Translations under genes and position numbers: made by a program | Part shown: piece by piece, positions 36,095-48,105 of the stretch | Layout of the letters: each line of letters starts with the position of its first letter | Position numbering within the stretch: the first letter of the stretch is position 1 | The notes under the pieces: generated by a model | Seen by the model: only the letters and a program-made list of their open reading frames with translations | Databases searched by the model: none | Told to the model about the DNA's origin: nothing | NCBI RefSeq assembly: GCF_000002075.1 | Contig: NW_004797313.1 | Coordinates: 1,689,455 to 1,753,454 of the forward strand | Direction: 5' to 3' | DNA from: Aplysia californica | Lineage: Eukaryota | Length of the DNA: 64,000 nucleotides

Positions 36095-39000
36095 TTCTCT
36101 CCCTACTTTTCCCCCTCCCTCCCAACTTCACTCCTTCCCTCAATCCCTGCCTCCCCCCCCCCTTTCCCCAACTCCTGTGAATTCGAGACCATGTTCAATT
36201 TACTAGCCAAGATGTTCCTACACCCCAAGGATAAACATTCTGTCATTCTTGTAGTGCCAATACTTTCAAAGGTAATCTGAATCATATTACACTCATTACT
36301 GTGTGCCTGTTGTGCTACCTATAGCTCTCCATATTCCTAGCATCTGCTTGGAGCAAACTTTGTGCTCAGTGTATTTTCAACATGCTTTGGGGCTTTGCAA
36401 TGGTTTGCTCTGATTTTTTTTGTGGGTGTCAAGGTCTTGTTTTCTTTTGGCTTCTTCTTTTTAGGTTCCTACTTTTTATTGTAAATTATGTACACAGTTT
36501 ATATTCATTTTCGTACAATGTGTCTGTATGCAACTATTATTTGATTCATTGGTACAGGAGTTACTTGAAATCCAGAAAACAAGGCAATTTTATGTTTAAA
36601 ATTTTAGTTCTATCTACAAGTCTCACTATATGTGGTGTGCTAAATGAAATGAGCACAAATGTTTTCGTCTTAAAACACCGCTGCTAACATATTTCTTAAA
36701 GATTATTGGATATAGTCTTTTCTATGAAGAGGATGGTATGTCTTAAACTGTATATTTGTACACTGTCCATGACTCATTGTGATAAGTTGTTTATCTTATC
36801 AGTTGTATTGAGAGTGTTCAAAAACTGTAGTTGTGTTGTTTCAAAGACCTTAGTGCAGGATATGCAGTATTTACTCCTCTGTTTGTACTCACATCTCAGT
36901 GGATATTTTAGTGCACTTTGAGAGAGGATATCCTAAGAGCTTTGTATACTTATTAGACTGGGATGTGAAATAACTTGTTTTCTGAGACCATAATTGTGGC
37001 ACTTGTCTGGCTTTGAGTTTCATGCTTAAAAATCAGAGACCACCCTAGCTGCTAATGATTTGCATCAAATTGTGTAGCTCTGCTTCTTTAGCAGAGAGTG
37101 CATTTTAATCACACAGGACTCCTCCATTACTGAGGATAATTTGAGTCCCACTGTTGGATATCGTCGGCAAGCTGTTCAGGTGTACTAACTCAAGAAAACA
37201 AAACTTTGCAGGCGAACGAAAAAAATGTTTCATTCTTTTAACAAATTGTACCTACATTGCCGCTTGCATGTTTTCTCTTGCCTTTTTCAACATTTAGAAT
37301 TTGAATTTCGACAAATATTTCTGGACCACAATCAACCAATTAAGAAACTGTAATAAAAAGCAAAAACTAAAAAATTTTTACCTTCGACATTTTAACAGCT
37401 GGTTGGAGATGTGAAATTAGATTAACTTTTCTGAAGTTGTCAAGGGCAAGATGGTGATTTGCTTTTGAAAAGTGTATGTGAAATAGTGAAAGAGGTTAGT
37501 GCTTTGGAGGGAATCTCACAAAAACCATAGATATTCTCATAACTTATCTCACAACTTATGCATTCTATATAAAAGCAAATCATTTTTGTTTCTAAGAATG
37601 TAATATGAAGCCTAACCTTCCTATGAGGATTGTTCTATTTGCTCTCACCTCAATTTTTTTCAGTAATTTTGTTTTTAACCAGTTCTTAATCTTGACCTAT
37701 CAGACAGTATTTGAATATGACATAGATCTTTTGCTGTATTATCAGTGCTATATTTCAAAGTATAATAGGAATGGAAGGGATGGGGAAAGTAACTGAACAG
37801 TTATTTTAACCCTGCATCCTCCTTCCCTTTATTATCTCTTTCGATTTTTAAATTTCATGATAACACACTGTCCCTTACCTTTAGGTACAATCTTGAAAGT
37901 GAAATAGTTTTCTTTGATTTTCTTTTAAGATGATTTTTTAATTTCACCCGATATCCAAGATATGCTAAATATGCTAAGCTACTTTTGAAATAAACATGAA
38001 AAAAAGCTAGAATCTAACACTTCTATGAAAAATATTCTAATTTGGATAGAAAAGAGGGGTCCAAAGGAAGAATTGTTTTTTGGTATTTTTAAATGTGAAA
38101 ACAGCTTTTTTGTATTCAATTTTTTTCCATCAAAGTGATACATTTTTTATTACTGGAAGAAGTGATGTGAAATATGTGCCAGTCTGTGTGATCTATAAGA
38201 ATACTCTCATTCAGTTGAAAATAAGCTTCATCAGCATTTTTTGGGACAATTTTGATAAAATGTCATAAGATCATTTTCTGTCACCTCTGAGACATTGCGT
38301 TTTACATTTGTATCTGTAGAGAAACAAGATGGCCTGATTTGTATTTCCATTGTATTCCTTAAAAAGATGTTAAACTCATACAATTATGACAAATTACTAC
38401 TCAAAATCAGCCTGTGTGACTTTCACCTTCTTGTTAAAATTTCTCTTTGTTTTCCTCCCAGATCTCTACTAACATCACATTACCCCTGCTAGGCAATCTG
38501 TGGCATTATTGCTAAGATGTGTCTACTTTCTACCATCAAATCCCTTCTAACATCACACTCCTCCTACTGAACCATCCATGATCAACATTGTGTAAAGATG
38601 TCATATTTACCCCTCATATCTCTCTAGCACCACAGTGTCTAGACAATTGCATTAAGACGTTTCTCTTTCTCTCCATCCCCCTCCCCCCCCTGTGCAGGGA
38701 CACAATCCTGTATTTACTTCATGTGTCGGGAGCCACGCGGTGCAGCACCTCCATGAGTGGCTGTAACTCTGGCTGCTCGGCCGAGGGTACCGTGAACGGG
38801 ACACCAGACCAGACCATGTCCGCGCTCATGAAACTGGACAATGTCGGTGAGTACTTGGTCATCTATGTGAAGGAGAGATGGCCAGAAGATGCAGCAAGTA
38901 GGGAGAAAATTGACATCACACAACACGTCCTATATAAATAACTTTCAGCCAGATTAACCTATCCAAATAGTCACTACAACGTTGGATTCTTAACAGTTGA

Positions 39001-42000
39001 AATGTGCTTAATAGCTTTGCTTTTTAGTTTTTTCACTCTTGTGAAATTTACAGAAACTGAGTTACCCATTTAGAATCCAGCAGAATTCAGCAGCGACAAT
39101 ATCATTACCTCCTCCCCTGCCCCCTACACAGCTAGACACATGACATTTGAGAGTTTTGGTTGTTTTTTTTAGAGTCAGACTTTTGACAATAGATGTAGTG
39201 AGTTTTGTAAAGTTAGTGTATTTATCGTATTTTCAACTCCTGATGTAACACAGAATCAAGTGCTCATCATTATTTGCCTCGTCTTACTGCAATCAGCATT
39301 TTGTAGTATGCTTTGGCATAATTAGTCGCATGTGTCATTATCACTGTGGCATGAAATGTAGATCAGTGCAGCACAAACACTTTTGTCTACACTGGCAGAA
39401 CATTGTCTACCACTACCTCTACTGCTGCTACTACTACCACTACTTCTACTACCACCACATCGACCACCACCACCACCACCTCTCATAGCTGTTGTTGGTG
39501 CAATGTTGGATTTCCCTATTGTACTTCGTTTCAAGCTAAAGAACATATTATACTCAATCATTTTTCGTTTCATTCTGTGGGACAGGACATTCCTAAGAGT
39601 AATGGCAGTAGGCTGAATCTATAATACTCTGATTTTTCTATTCACTGTGAATTTTGTTTCCATGATTTGTTCTCCTACTTCTTTAGTACTTTACTTAGTT
39701 TTACCTTTTCTGTCCTCTTACAACATGAGGTGTCATGGGAAAATTAAATTGTTGGACTCAAGCTGGACATGCCAGGGTCATATTGTTGTTCCTTTGGAGG
39801 GTCTCTTTAACTCCCTTATTCCACCTTTTTTTTGGTCTTCCTCGAGATTTGAACCTATTGAATCTTATATTGTGGGCCTTTGAAACTGTCTGTTGTGGCC
39901 ACATTTCTCATAAGGTGTCCATTCCATTTGATTCATTGACTTTTGGCGTACTGCATGCTTGATGTAATGCCTACTTATAGTCTGATGTCTTCATTTCTTT
40001 GTTTGTCTCTTCTCATGATGTTTAGCGTCTTTCTGGGACCTTTCATTTTATATGCTTTGATCTTGCTTTGTTGAGCTAAGTTGAGGGTCCAAGCTAGCAG
40101 AGAGTTGGTATGAAAATCTTTCTGATGAATTGTTTCTTTGGGATATTTTGATATGTATTTTATATAAGTGTTATATTACGTTCCCAGCCCTGTTTGATGA
40201 GCAGTTGTGTAGTACGGTGGTGCATAGTGCTACATCTCCTCAACACCGGGGCTCAGTGATCGACATGACAGATACCCCTGTTTCTGCAGGTGAACGGGTA
40301 AGTTTTGCCACATAGGGTGGGATTGACAGCCTAGCCCACAGAGATCATCTTCCCCAGCAGCCAGACACATACCACTCTTTACACTGAACATCTCTACAGT
40401 TGTGCTGCACTAGAAGGTAGCATTGTACAGGGTTAGGCTGAAGAGTGAAAGCTCTTGAGCTGCTGGGTGTATTTTACTTTTACAACAGTCATAAGGGATA
40501 TGCACATAGTGGAACCTTCCTGTGTCAAAAGGCTTGAGGTTATTCAATGTTGAAATTTGTTGTCATTTCTTGTTGTCAATGACAGTTTGGTGTCTTCGGT
40601 CACCATGAATTTATATTACCTAAATTGGTTGGTCTAAAGCTATCGAGCAGATGCTTTAATGAATAAAAAAGTGACAGAAATCATGTAGAAGTATCGACAG
40701 GTGGTCATTTTGAAGGATACAGAAAATAAATTTGAATTCTTTATGAGAAATTAATTTTTGGGGGGGTTTTATTATTGTGGGGGGTGTGTGTCCTTATAAA
40801 TATTATGAAATTACTCTAAGATGTTGTTAAAACAATTGACAAGAACCTTAACTGTTGAACCAAAGTTCTAATCTGCTTCTGGCACTGGTTTGTATACCAT
40901 TCACCCCATGTTACTACTCACTACAATTGTTACTATCACCAGTTCCTGTAGTGGATGAGAATGGCTGTAGCAAACATTCCGCACACCAGCAAGAGGTGCT
41001 ACTTTCTTAATGGTAGAAGGACACACATGAACTCTTAAGCACCAGCTTCTGTGGTGTAGAAGTTAGGTGTTTTGCTGTCACACTCTGAAGACGAGTTTGA
41101 TTCCCATGTAAAGAGAATTTTTATTGAGTAATACAGTCTTTCTTCACAAAGGCTGTATCCTTCTTAGCCCGTGTTGGCCCTGACAGACAGGGTTGAAGCC
41201 TGTCTCCTAAATTATATACATTGTGTCAGTAGGGGTATAAAACACTCACATTTAAAAGTGAAAAACTCTGAAACTAAGGAATGCTTTTGTTTTGTTTATT
41301 TGAGGACATTCTTTATGCTTTGTTTACCTGTGGTTCTACCATCTCGTATACTGTATCTCATGGGCCAAACACTCCGCCTTCGAATTGATTTATCAGTTTG
41401 TAGTAATATGATGACTTTCATCAAAACAAACTCTTCCCAGATCCTGTGTTTGGATGGTGGAGGAATCCGTGGCTTGGTACTGATCCAGATTTTGATGGAA
41501 ATTGAAGCGGCGGTCGGCAGACCCATAAGAGAATGTTTTGATTGGATTGGGGGGACTAGTACTGGCGGAATTCTGGCCATGGGCATTGCTAAAGGTGAGG
41601 GATTTAATTATGTTATTTCACATTTTAATACCTCCCCAGCTTCACCCAAGACTACCTTGGGTCTATTTTACTTGCAGACTGCAGATCGTCTCATGCTTTA
41701 AATGCCAGTAGTTTTGGGAGAAATATTGCCATAGTGTCATTTATTTTACTGGGTTATTCATTGGCATGAGGACTCTGCCAAGTAAAATGTCCTCGAATAT
41801 GTATTATACTTGTGGGAGAGGTGTAATATTTCCATACTCATGGTCTTTTACATTAGCAAATCTTTCACTTTGTCTGAAACTTTAGTATTGATATTTGCAT
41901 ACTGTTAATGTTTATTTTTATTTCCACCGGAAATTTTTTTGTTGTGAAATTAGAAAAACATTTTATGAAGATTACATTGAAAATGTTATCTGTGAAATAT

Positions 42001-45000
42001 CATGGGATTGTTTTTGTTTGTTATATTTATGTTATATCTTCTTGATAGGTTAGTCCTTACTTTGTTTCTCTTCAGGTTTTTCTCTGCCGTACATGAAAGG
42101 TCTGTACGTGCGCTTGAAAGACGAGGTGTTCAAAGGTACCCGCCCGTACGATCCAGCCCAGTTTGAAGTGTTCCTGAAGAGAGAGTTTGGGGAAGACACA
42201 GTCATGACAGATCTGAAGCATCCAAAGTGAGTGTCGGTCATGATAATCGAAGTTGACTTGTCTGTTTGTATTGGGGGAGGGGATTGTTCATGCTTACAGC
42301 TGTTTTCTGAAAATAAAGAAAAGAAGAGAAAGTGCACACATGCATTTACATACCACATCCATGCACACACACCTATAGCAAGTGGTTGCTGGGTGCTTGA
42401 ATGGGGTTTGCTCCTTCTTTCTTATTAAATATCTATCACATTTATCTCTCCTCCTTTTCTTTGTATGTCACTCTCTAGCAACACCTCTAATCTTCCACTC
42501 TTATATGACCTATATGGGTTACAGTTGTGGTGTTACTCATACTAAAATTAAAACTTTAAACACACAAGAACCGTTAGCATGCTTGTCACTCTCATCATCT
42601 CACAGACTTCTTGTGTCAGCTGTTCTTGGCGACCGGTTCCCAGCAGACCTGCATTTCTTCCGGAACTTTGAGAGAACGTTGAATCACCCAAGCTCATCTC
42701 CACCCAACCAATTAGAGGCCTTAACACCACCTCATGGTTAGTGTTTCAGATCCTTCCAGGGCATCTTTAGTCCACTGACAAAACAGAAACCTGCAATGTC
42801 CCTTTTGCATTAATACTTTTGTGACCTTTAGTTTGACTTCTTCCCTGTCTCTGTAGAATGTGGTCGTGTTATCTCTCAAGAATGTAAGAAGAAAAAATGC
42901 AGATTAAAGATTGTGAACATGTATGCATGTGATCTCTGTATGTAAGTATACATATACAGTATTGTACATGTGTTTATTAGAGTGTGTATATTCCAATAAG
43001 TCAGAATTTTTAATTTTTGCCTTAAGTTAATAGCTATAGTGGATTTTTATTATAAAAGATGTCAAGGAAAAATACAAATGTGTTGAATTTATTCTTTTTA
43101 AAAGTCATATTACTGGTTTCCTTCTCTCAAATTTCTGCCTTAAAATGGATAAAGGCATCATAATATTCAAAAGTCATTACATCTCAGAGTTTATTTATAA
43201 CAAAGTCTACTTTACTTTTTATCCTCTTCCCATTACAACTGACATTTTCTGGCGTGTATCAGCCCTTTTAAGCCACATGTGCTTTCATTACAGAGCATTA
43301 AATGTAGACCAATACTGCAGAAATATTTTTATCTGGTGTGACAGAACTGTACCTGCCACAAACACTTACATTTGCCCTATTCTTTTGTTTCATCGTTTTT
43401 GTTTTTGTATTTGTCGTGGACAGAGCAAAAACTGTGGGAGGCAGCCAGGAGCAGTGGGGCAGCCCCGACCTACTTCAGGGGCTATGGCAGTTACCTGGAC
43501 GGTGGCCTAATTTCCAACAACCCGACACTGGACGTTTTGACGGAGGTTCACGAGTACAACATGGGCCTCAAGATGTTGGTGGGTGTTTCTCATTCTGAAG
43601 CAAAGTATGGGGGATGGGTAAAGTGCCCTCACATAGTTGACGGGCACTCTGATAGGGTCTGCTCCGTCTTCTTTTCAGTTGCACTGTCATCAATGATGTG
43701 ATTGTTGTCATGGTGATGCGCCATCTGGAAAATGAGGAAAAAAATAAGAGTGAGATGGGCATTGGGATGGATATAAACGGGGTTTTGAGGACGTCCTCTT
43801 TTTACATTTCTTTATACTCATCATCAACTCCATAGTCATCATTGTCTTCTTTGTGAAAAAGCAGCTCAAAATTAATCTTGGACAAATCGCAAACAGTTTA
43901 AAATGCACAAATAAATGAATACTTAATCATTCTCTATTCCATTGTCATTATCGTCAGTATCACTTCACCTTTTTAAGACCATGACTGCCTTATTATTTTG
44001 CCTTTATATGTCTTTCCATACTCGCATAAAATTTTCTCAATAAGACTATTGCTGTCAAAATGTTTATGTAACTTCCATTGGTGGTCATCATGTGGCACAT
44101 AAAGGAAAAATATGGAAATGGGGTATAAAGAAAGGACAATGTATATATATGAGTATATATCCGGTAATGAAATAAACACACCTTAATTTTTCCCGAATTT
44201 GCAACTCTTTAGGGAAGGAGTGGAGAAGCACGTCAAATGGGCTGCGTTATTTCCTTGGGGTGTGGCCGCCCACCGTGTGAAGAGGTGAAGAACATGGATG
44301 TCTTTCTTCCAGGCGGAATCATGGATGTGTACAAAGCTGTTGCTGGGGCCACAGCCCTGGGCAGGCTCATGGTAGACCAGGTGAGTTATTTTAGCCTCAC
44401 ATGTGTTTTGTTTTTGTTATTCCTCTAGAGCACATATTGGTGTAAAAATGTGGTATGTTTTGTTCCGCGTTAATAATGTTGAGGGTGAATTAGGTGTTTT
44501 CAAGACTGCTCATGCCTTGACATTTTGATAATTTTAAATATGCAGCTTGTGCAATTTTTGTGTACAGTCCTGGATTTTGGGTTTAAAAAGATGTGTTATC
44601 AATTGCCTTTGATTGTCTGTATGTGTGATAGTATGTGTGTGCATGCTTGTAAGTTTGTGTTAGGGCTTCCATAAACAAGCAGAATGGGAAAGAGAAAAAA
44701 ATGTTGAGCAGAATCTGAAACTGTAGAATGAGGTTCTTTGCAGTACTGTTTGCTAAGCTATATCATTGTTGTGTGTCATGTGACTTTCTTTTAAAGTTTG
44801 GATCTAGATTTTTGGGGGGGCGAGACCGTTTTGGAACTTTTGAAAACAGTGATCCAGACTATGTTTGTTATGAATATTTTCATTATTTAGAATTTTTTCC
44901 TGATTTACTTGTCGTGAGTACTATTCTGTCGGTATAGGCGATAGTATTTGGGATGTTTTGTTCTATATTTTATTTCTTATGACGATGGTGCCTGTGGCTA

Positions 45001-45613
45001 TGTAGGCCAGTGTGTATCTGAAAATCCTGATTTCAGTGAGTGCATGGAAATTATTAGTGTTCCCCGGTCAGTTATGTCTCACTTCTCTGGCTGGCATCTT
45101 TGTATCTGTAATGTCAACTCACTTTCTTTCACAGTATTTGCTGTAGTAATGGCAATAAATAGAAGATTAAGCACAGAAATATCACTCTGAAAATGAAAGT
45201 AAATTTATCATTTGCATCTGCTGCAAGAAAGTTTGGAGTTTTTATGGTTTCACAGATTTTACCTGGGATAAAGACAATTTTATTTGTAGCAAGTCTTTTT
45301 TCAAACTCTGTCCAGTAAACTCCTAGACTCCTGGGAGTCATGGTCATGGATTAATCTCTCCTATTTTCCATTCCAGGCCACAATTTCTGAGGGCCGCCCC
45401 GTGGACAGAGCGCGTGCCTGGTGCAGCATGATCAACGTGCCGTATTACCGCTTCTCTCCCTTGCTGTCCGAAGACATCAGCCTGGACTGCCACGACATCC
45501 AGGTGCTGATCAACATGATGTGGCAGACGCACTGCTACATGGTGGCCAACCGGCACCGGGTACGGGAAATAGCCTCGCTGCTCCAGCCCAGAAAAGCGGC
45601 AGGGGACAGTTAA
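10766..45613 (+). CDS. PLA2G6: 85/88 kDa calcium-independent phospholipase A2 (iPLA2-beta), 16 coding exons, 816 aa. Join 10766-10878,26108-26209,27790-28005,28356-28533,29075-29265,30033-30129,31175-31357,31846-31961,38698-38846,40188-40297,41441-41594,42076-42226,42606-42736,43424-43578,44213-44380,45377-45613
   Basis: All introns are GT-AG, phases are consistent and exon lengths sum to 2451 nt (817 codons including stop). The translation is colinear with iPLA2-beta as I recall it: N-terminal HPSWxxAH, ankyrin repeats, patatin DGGGIRG, GTSTG nucleophile and LDGG catalytic Asp, C-terminal DRARAWC. Confidence 0.95.
14239..14587 (-). mobile_element. Near full-length tRNA-derived SINE, family B (CORE-like centre, L2-like tail)
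   Basis: Reverse complement has A box TGGCCTAGTGG, B box GGTTCGAATCC, centre gtgtccttgggaaaggcacttt...aatgggtacc, and tail tgtaaagcgc...gcgctatacaaat(tat)n. Confidence 0.9.
14911..15075 (+). mobile_element. tRNA-derived SINE, family C (other copies at 41051-41212 on + and 58638-58820 on -)
   Basis: Three copies share tggtgtag..gtta ... gtatccct ... gccctgac.g.cag.gttgaagc. Confidence 0.65.
15087..15186. repeat. (TG)n microsatellite followed by a 19-bp tandem duplication
   Basis: Direct reading. Confidence 0.95.
15704..17729. mobile_element. About 2-kb segment bounded by about 100-bp imperfect inverted repeats (non-autonomous DNA transposon, or two opposed copies)
   Basis: tagtc..ggcaacac.aaatggacaacttgtcgacctcattacac at 15704, its reverse complement ending at 17729, and a third copy at 4519. 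Confidence 0.7.
19101..19176. mobile_element. About 80-bp palindromic MITE/hairpin, copy 1
   Basis: cgtcgcctcagaactattttgtc...gacaaaatagttctgaggcgacg; second copy at 48027-48105. Confidence 0.85.
26108..26209 (+). CDS. PLA2G6: PLA2G6 coding exon 2 ([34 protein letters not shown])
   Basis: catacag| ... AG|gtgtgt, phase 2 to 2, joins exons 1 and 3 in frame. Matches the EGQLILF...WDCVL segment of iPLA2-beta. Not in the ORF track. Confidence 0.85.
26680..27060 (-). mobile_element. RTE-clade LINE, 3' fragment of ORF2
   Basis: [22 protein letters not shown]...RRWRWIGH...PQGKRSR...LAQDRERWK, followed by a short tandem tail. Confidence 0.92.
27790..28005 (+). CDS. PLA2G6: PLA2G6 coding exon 3 (LFRQ...[17 protein letters not shown])
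   Basis: ctacag| and GA|gtgagt; diagnostic HPSWxxAH motif. Confidence 0.93.
28356..28533 (+). CDS. PLA2G6: PLA2G6 coding exon 4 (ankyrin repeats)
   Basis: tttcag| and |gtaagt; [12 protein letters not shown] ankyrin motif. Confidence 0.92.
29075..29265 (+). CDS. PLA2G6: PLA2G6 coding exon 5 (ankyrin repeats)
   Basis: cccacag| and AA|gtaggt; [12 protein letters not shown] and LPIHAA. Confidence 0.92.
30033..30129 (+). CDS. PLA2G6: PLA2G6 coding exon 6
   Basis: tttcag| and |gtgatt; [13 protein letters not shown]. Confidence 0.93.
30420..30600 (-). mobile_element. Degenerate RTE-like LINE 3' remnant
   Basis: Minus-strand [12 protein letters not shown] motif. Confidence 0.5.
31175..31357 (+). 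CDS. PLA2G6: PLA2G6 coding exon 7 (ankyrin repeats)
   Basis: ctcgcag| and |gtttgt; GDAPLH and LLCHGAN; 61 codons. Confidence 0.92.
31675..31840. repeat. 49-bp tandem repeat (about 3.4 copies) abutting the exon 8 acceptor
   Basis: Unit tatgtttgtcttgctgtgtctcactttctcccagtctctactaatgtaa starts at 31675, 31724, 31773, with a partial copy at 31822. Confidence 0.95.
31846..31961 (+). CDS. PLA2G6: PLA2G6 coding exon 8 ([18 protein letters not shown]...)
   Basis: ttgcag| and AG|gtgaga; VFGADV motif. The ORF track shows a different frame here. Confidence 0.92.
36019..36089. repeat. (CT)n microsatellite
   Basis: Direct reading. Confidence 0.97.
38698..38846 (+). CDS. PLA2G6: PLA2G6 coding exon 9 (Cys-rich ankyrin-patatin linker)
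   Basis: gtgcag| and G|gtgagt; [13 protein letters not shown]...GCNSGC. Confidence 0.88.
39408..39480. repeat. (CTA/CCA)n degenerate microsatellite
   Basis: Direct reading. Confidence 0.85.
39640..40050 (-). mobile_element. Degenerate RTE-like LINE remnant
   Basis: Minus-strand fragments KWNGHLMR and RGRPKKRW. Confidence 0.5.
40188..40297 (+). CDS. PLA2G6: PLA2G6 coding exon 10 (linker)
   Basis: ttcccag| and |gtaagt; phase 1 to 0, the bridge needed between exons 9 and 11. Confidence 0.85.
41441..41594 (+). CDS. PLA2G6: PLA2G6 coding exon 11 (patatin DGGGIRG and GTSTG)
   Basis: Glycine-rich oxyanion loop and GxSxG lipase motif; cccag| and G|gtgagg. Confidence 0.97.
42076..42226 (+). CDS. 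PLA2G6: PLA2G6 coding exon 12 ([13 protein letters not shown]...FLKREFGE)
   Basis: ttcag| and AA|gtgagt; highly conserved patatin segment. Not in the ORF track. Confidence 0.95.
42382..42560 (+). mobile_element. Non-LTR retroelement 3' tail copy
   Basis: Homologous to 49886-50062 and to the reverse complement of 940-1215. Confidence 0.7.
42606..42736 (+). CDS. PLA2G6: PLA2G6 coding exon 13 ([13 protein letters not shown])
   Basis: cacag| and G|gttagt. Confidence 0.93.
43424..43578 (+). CDS. PLA2G6: PLA2G6 coding exon 14 ([12 protein letters not shown]...[10 protein letters not shown])
   Basis: Catalytic Asp in the DGG motif; gacag| and |gtgggt. Confidence 0.96.
44213..44380 (+). CDS. PLA2G6: PLA2G6 coding exon 15 ([10 protein letters not shown])
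   Basis: ctttag| and |gtgagt; 56 codons. Confidence 0.93.
45377..45613 (+). CDS. PLA2G6: PLA2G6 last coding exon ([20 protein letters not shown]...stop)
   Basis: ttccag|; conserved C-terminal segment; TAA stop. Confidence 0.94.
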   Translation, partial: ATISEGRPVDRARAWCSMINVPYYRFSPLLSEDISLDCHDIQVLINMMWQTHCYMVANRHRVREIASLLQPRKAAGDS

Positions 45614-45619
45614 AGCTGC

Positions 45620-45700
45620 TGTTGTAAAGCGCATGAAGCATGCTGTAGAGCGTGGATATGCACTATATAAATGCAATTTTTTTAATTATTATTATTATTC
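45620..45700 (+). mobile_element. L2/SINE-B-type 3' tail at the start of the PLA2G6 3' UTR
   Basis: tgtaaagcgcatgaagc...atgcactatataaatgca...(tta)n matches the SINE-B tail. Confidence 0.75.
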
Positions 45701-48026
45701 TCAAAGGTTTTTGTAATTTGTCAAGTATAGCGATATGCGCCTATCAGGATGAATCTCTGCAAGTCCCGCTGGGCGTACTAACATGGTAGATAGTTTCCAG
45801 ACGGGGAAACTCTTGTGTAGTCCTGTGATTTTTCTGTGGATAAGCAGTTTAACTTTAACTTTTACCTCTTATTGGTGTAAGTTTTCTGATGTCCGGGTTA
45901 CTGCCAGATTCGCATTTAAGCTATTATCTTGGTCATATGCATGAGATTAGAACAATTTAAATTTTACTTCCCTTGTATATTTAATATTCATCGGTATGTA
46001 TTTATTGCGTTTATCTTGAAAGCTACAGGAGATGTGGGGGTACAGGGAGGTAGGATTGTTTTACCTCACTCTCTTAGGGATACGCTGTCTAGTCTGTGTT
46101 GGTCCTTTTGGTTCACAGTATTGCTCTTACCTGACAGTTACAGAGATGCATCATTTCCCTTAAGGGTGTATTATACTTACAGTTAGACTGGACAAATTTG
46201 GCCTCAGCCAGCCTGCAACTGGTCATAAGACTTGTTTACTATTAACGGCTAACTGTCAAACGAGGAAAATAATGAAGTGACAATTGGGGACCTGATGTAG
46301 TTATGGTGAGAATACTTTTTAGTGTTTTTAAGAAAACAGCGACAAAAAGAGTCATTCATGAGTCATTGCGGTTTTTTTTATAAGCTGATTCCAAATGATA
46401 TTGATTTTTTCACAATAGGGCATAGTTCTGATAAGTTTGAATGGGAATTTAATTGCCAGCCCACGACAGACTCTCTGGTCACAACAGCCTGATTTTCATG
46501 GCTTTAGTACAGGTGAAAGAACTGGCTAACGGGGTCTGGTAAATTTTCTTATTACAAAGTGAAGATGGTTAGAAGGCCAGCTGATGTTAAACAACTGTCA
46601 GTGTCAACTCTGAGAGGCTCCCTGCTATCTCATCAACAAATGCAAAGAGCTGTCTGTAGAAATTTTCCTTGCTTTATTTCATCTTTGAGTTACAGTTTGT
46701 GTGATTCTTGTTATCAATGTATTTCTCTTTTTTCTCATGATTTTCCTTTCACTGATATTTATGGGGCTGTGGTTTAAAAGTACCTTAAGATTTGTTTGAA
46801 CTTTTGTTTGCTTACTTCAAATTCATGTTGCTTATGTATGTGATATTAAAATGAAACCTTTTTTTTATTTCTAGTTTTGCAAAGGTTATTGGGGTTTTCT
46901 TTATTGTTTTGTGGAAGTGTTATCATAATAAGAATGCTGTGCTACCATATTATCTTATGTTTGTTGAGATGCAAATTTTTTTGGGGGGTATTTTGACATT
47001 GTCCATTTGTCTGTTTATCAGAATTAACGTTGGTTTACATTCTTTCCCTGATTATTTTGAGGACTTTTACAACAACATTTAGTATTACCAATGAAATATG
47101 AGAACACACGTGAATTTTAGTTCATGAATTCGAATTCCATAACAAAACACTGAAAAGTACACAAGTTGTTCATTGCTTTGTGATTCTCCCTGACTGTCGA
47201 AGCCACAGGTTAGTCATGTGAACAATTGTGGAGTCTATTAATACCGAACACTGTTAATCCGAAAACGACACTAAACCAACAGAAAATAGAATCCCCAATT
47301 TTTTTCAGTGCTATTTTAGCAAAAACTCTCTAAACCAAAGAAAATCCAGCTGCCTGGCAGATTTTGGAATAGGCCGACTCCATTGTATGTGAAAAGAACA
47401 AACTGATTTTTAATGGTATTTTTCCCTTCTAAAATTTGGTATACAATGTTATTTTAGGTATAGACTTTTACTGTGTCCAATATGACCCGTACAAAGTGAT
47501 ATTGACTCCATTTCACACGCACTCATTGCTAGGGGCTGCTATTTTGAGCTAGGGTGGCAATGGTAGACATACCTTTTTTTTTCCATCTATCCTTTTGTAT
47601 CTTTGTGTCTTGCACCTACCTTGCTGGATAGTAATCTTTGGTTTGAGGGCTTCCTTCTTCATACCTATTATTTTGCCTGCTCTCCTGCTTTCCCCTGGTG
47701 CTGGCTGCCCTGGTTTGAATCCATAACAGGACTTTCTTGAAATCTGGTCATTTGCTGGACTTTTATAGACGTTATATTCACATGGTTTCGTGTACCAGAT
47801 GAATACTGAATGAGATGTCCCACCTCATAAATTACCTTACTGTTTTGGAAGGAGTCATGAACTCACAACAGACCTCAAATTTCCCTAGTTCCTCTGGACC
47901 CTCATTACGAGAAGATACTTCTCTTGAGCCCAAACAGAGGACAACTAGTGCATTAAGAATCTTTGTATCTGCTTTTTTTTTATTCCCCAAAGTGAAAAGG
48001 AAAAATTCAGCATAATGATGCCATGT

Positions 48027-48105
48027 CATTGTCTCAGAACTATTTTGTCCAAGGTGTACTAAAGTAAAGAGGCACTTTGGACAAAATAGTTCTGAAGTGA
48101 CAATG
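48027..48105. mobile_element. About 80-bp palindromic MITE/hairpin, copy 2
   Basis: cattgtctcagaactattttgtccaa...ttggacaaaatagttctgaagtgacaatg. Confidence 0.85.

Noticed and set aside
36558-36583. 26-nt exon that could compensate the 19-nt candidate
   Set aside because: Weak pyrimidine tract and a poor non-consensus GC donor.
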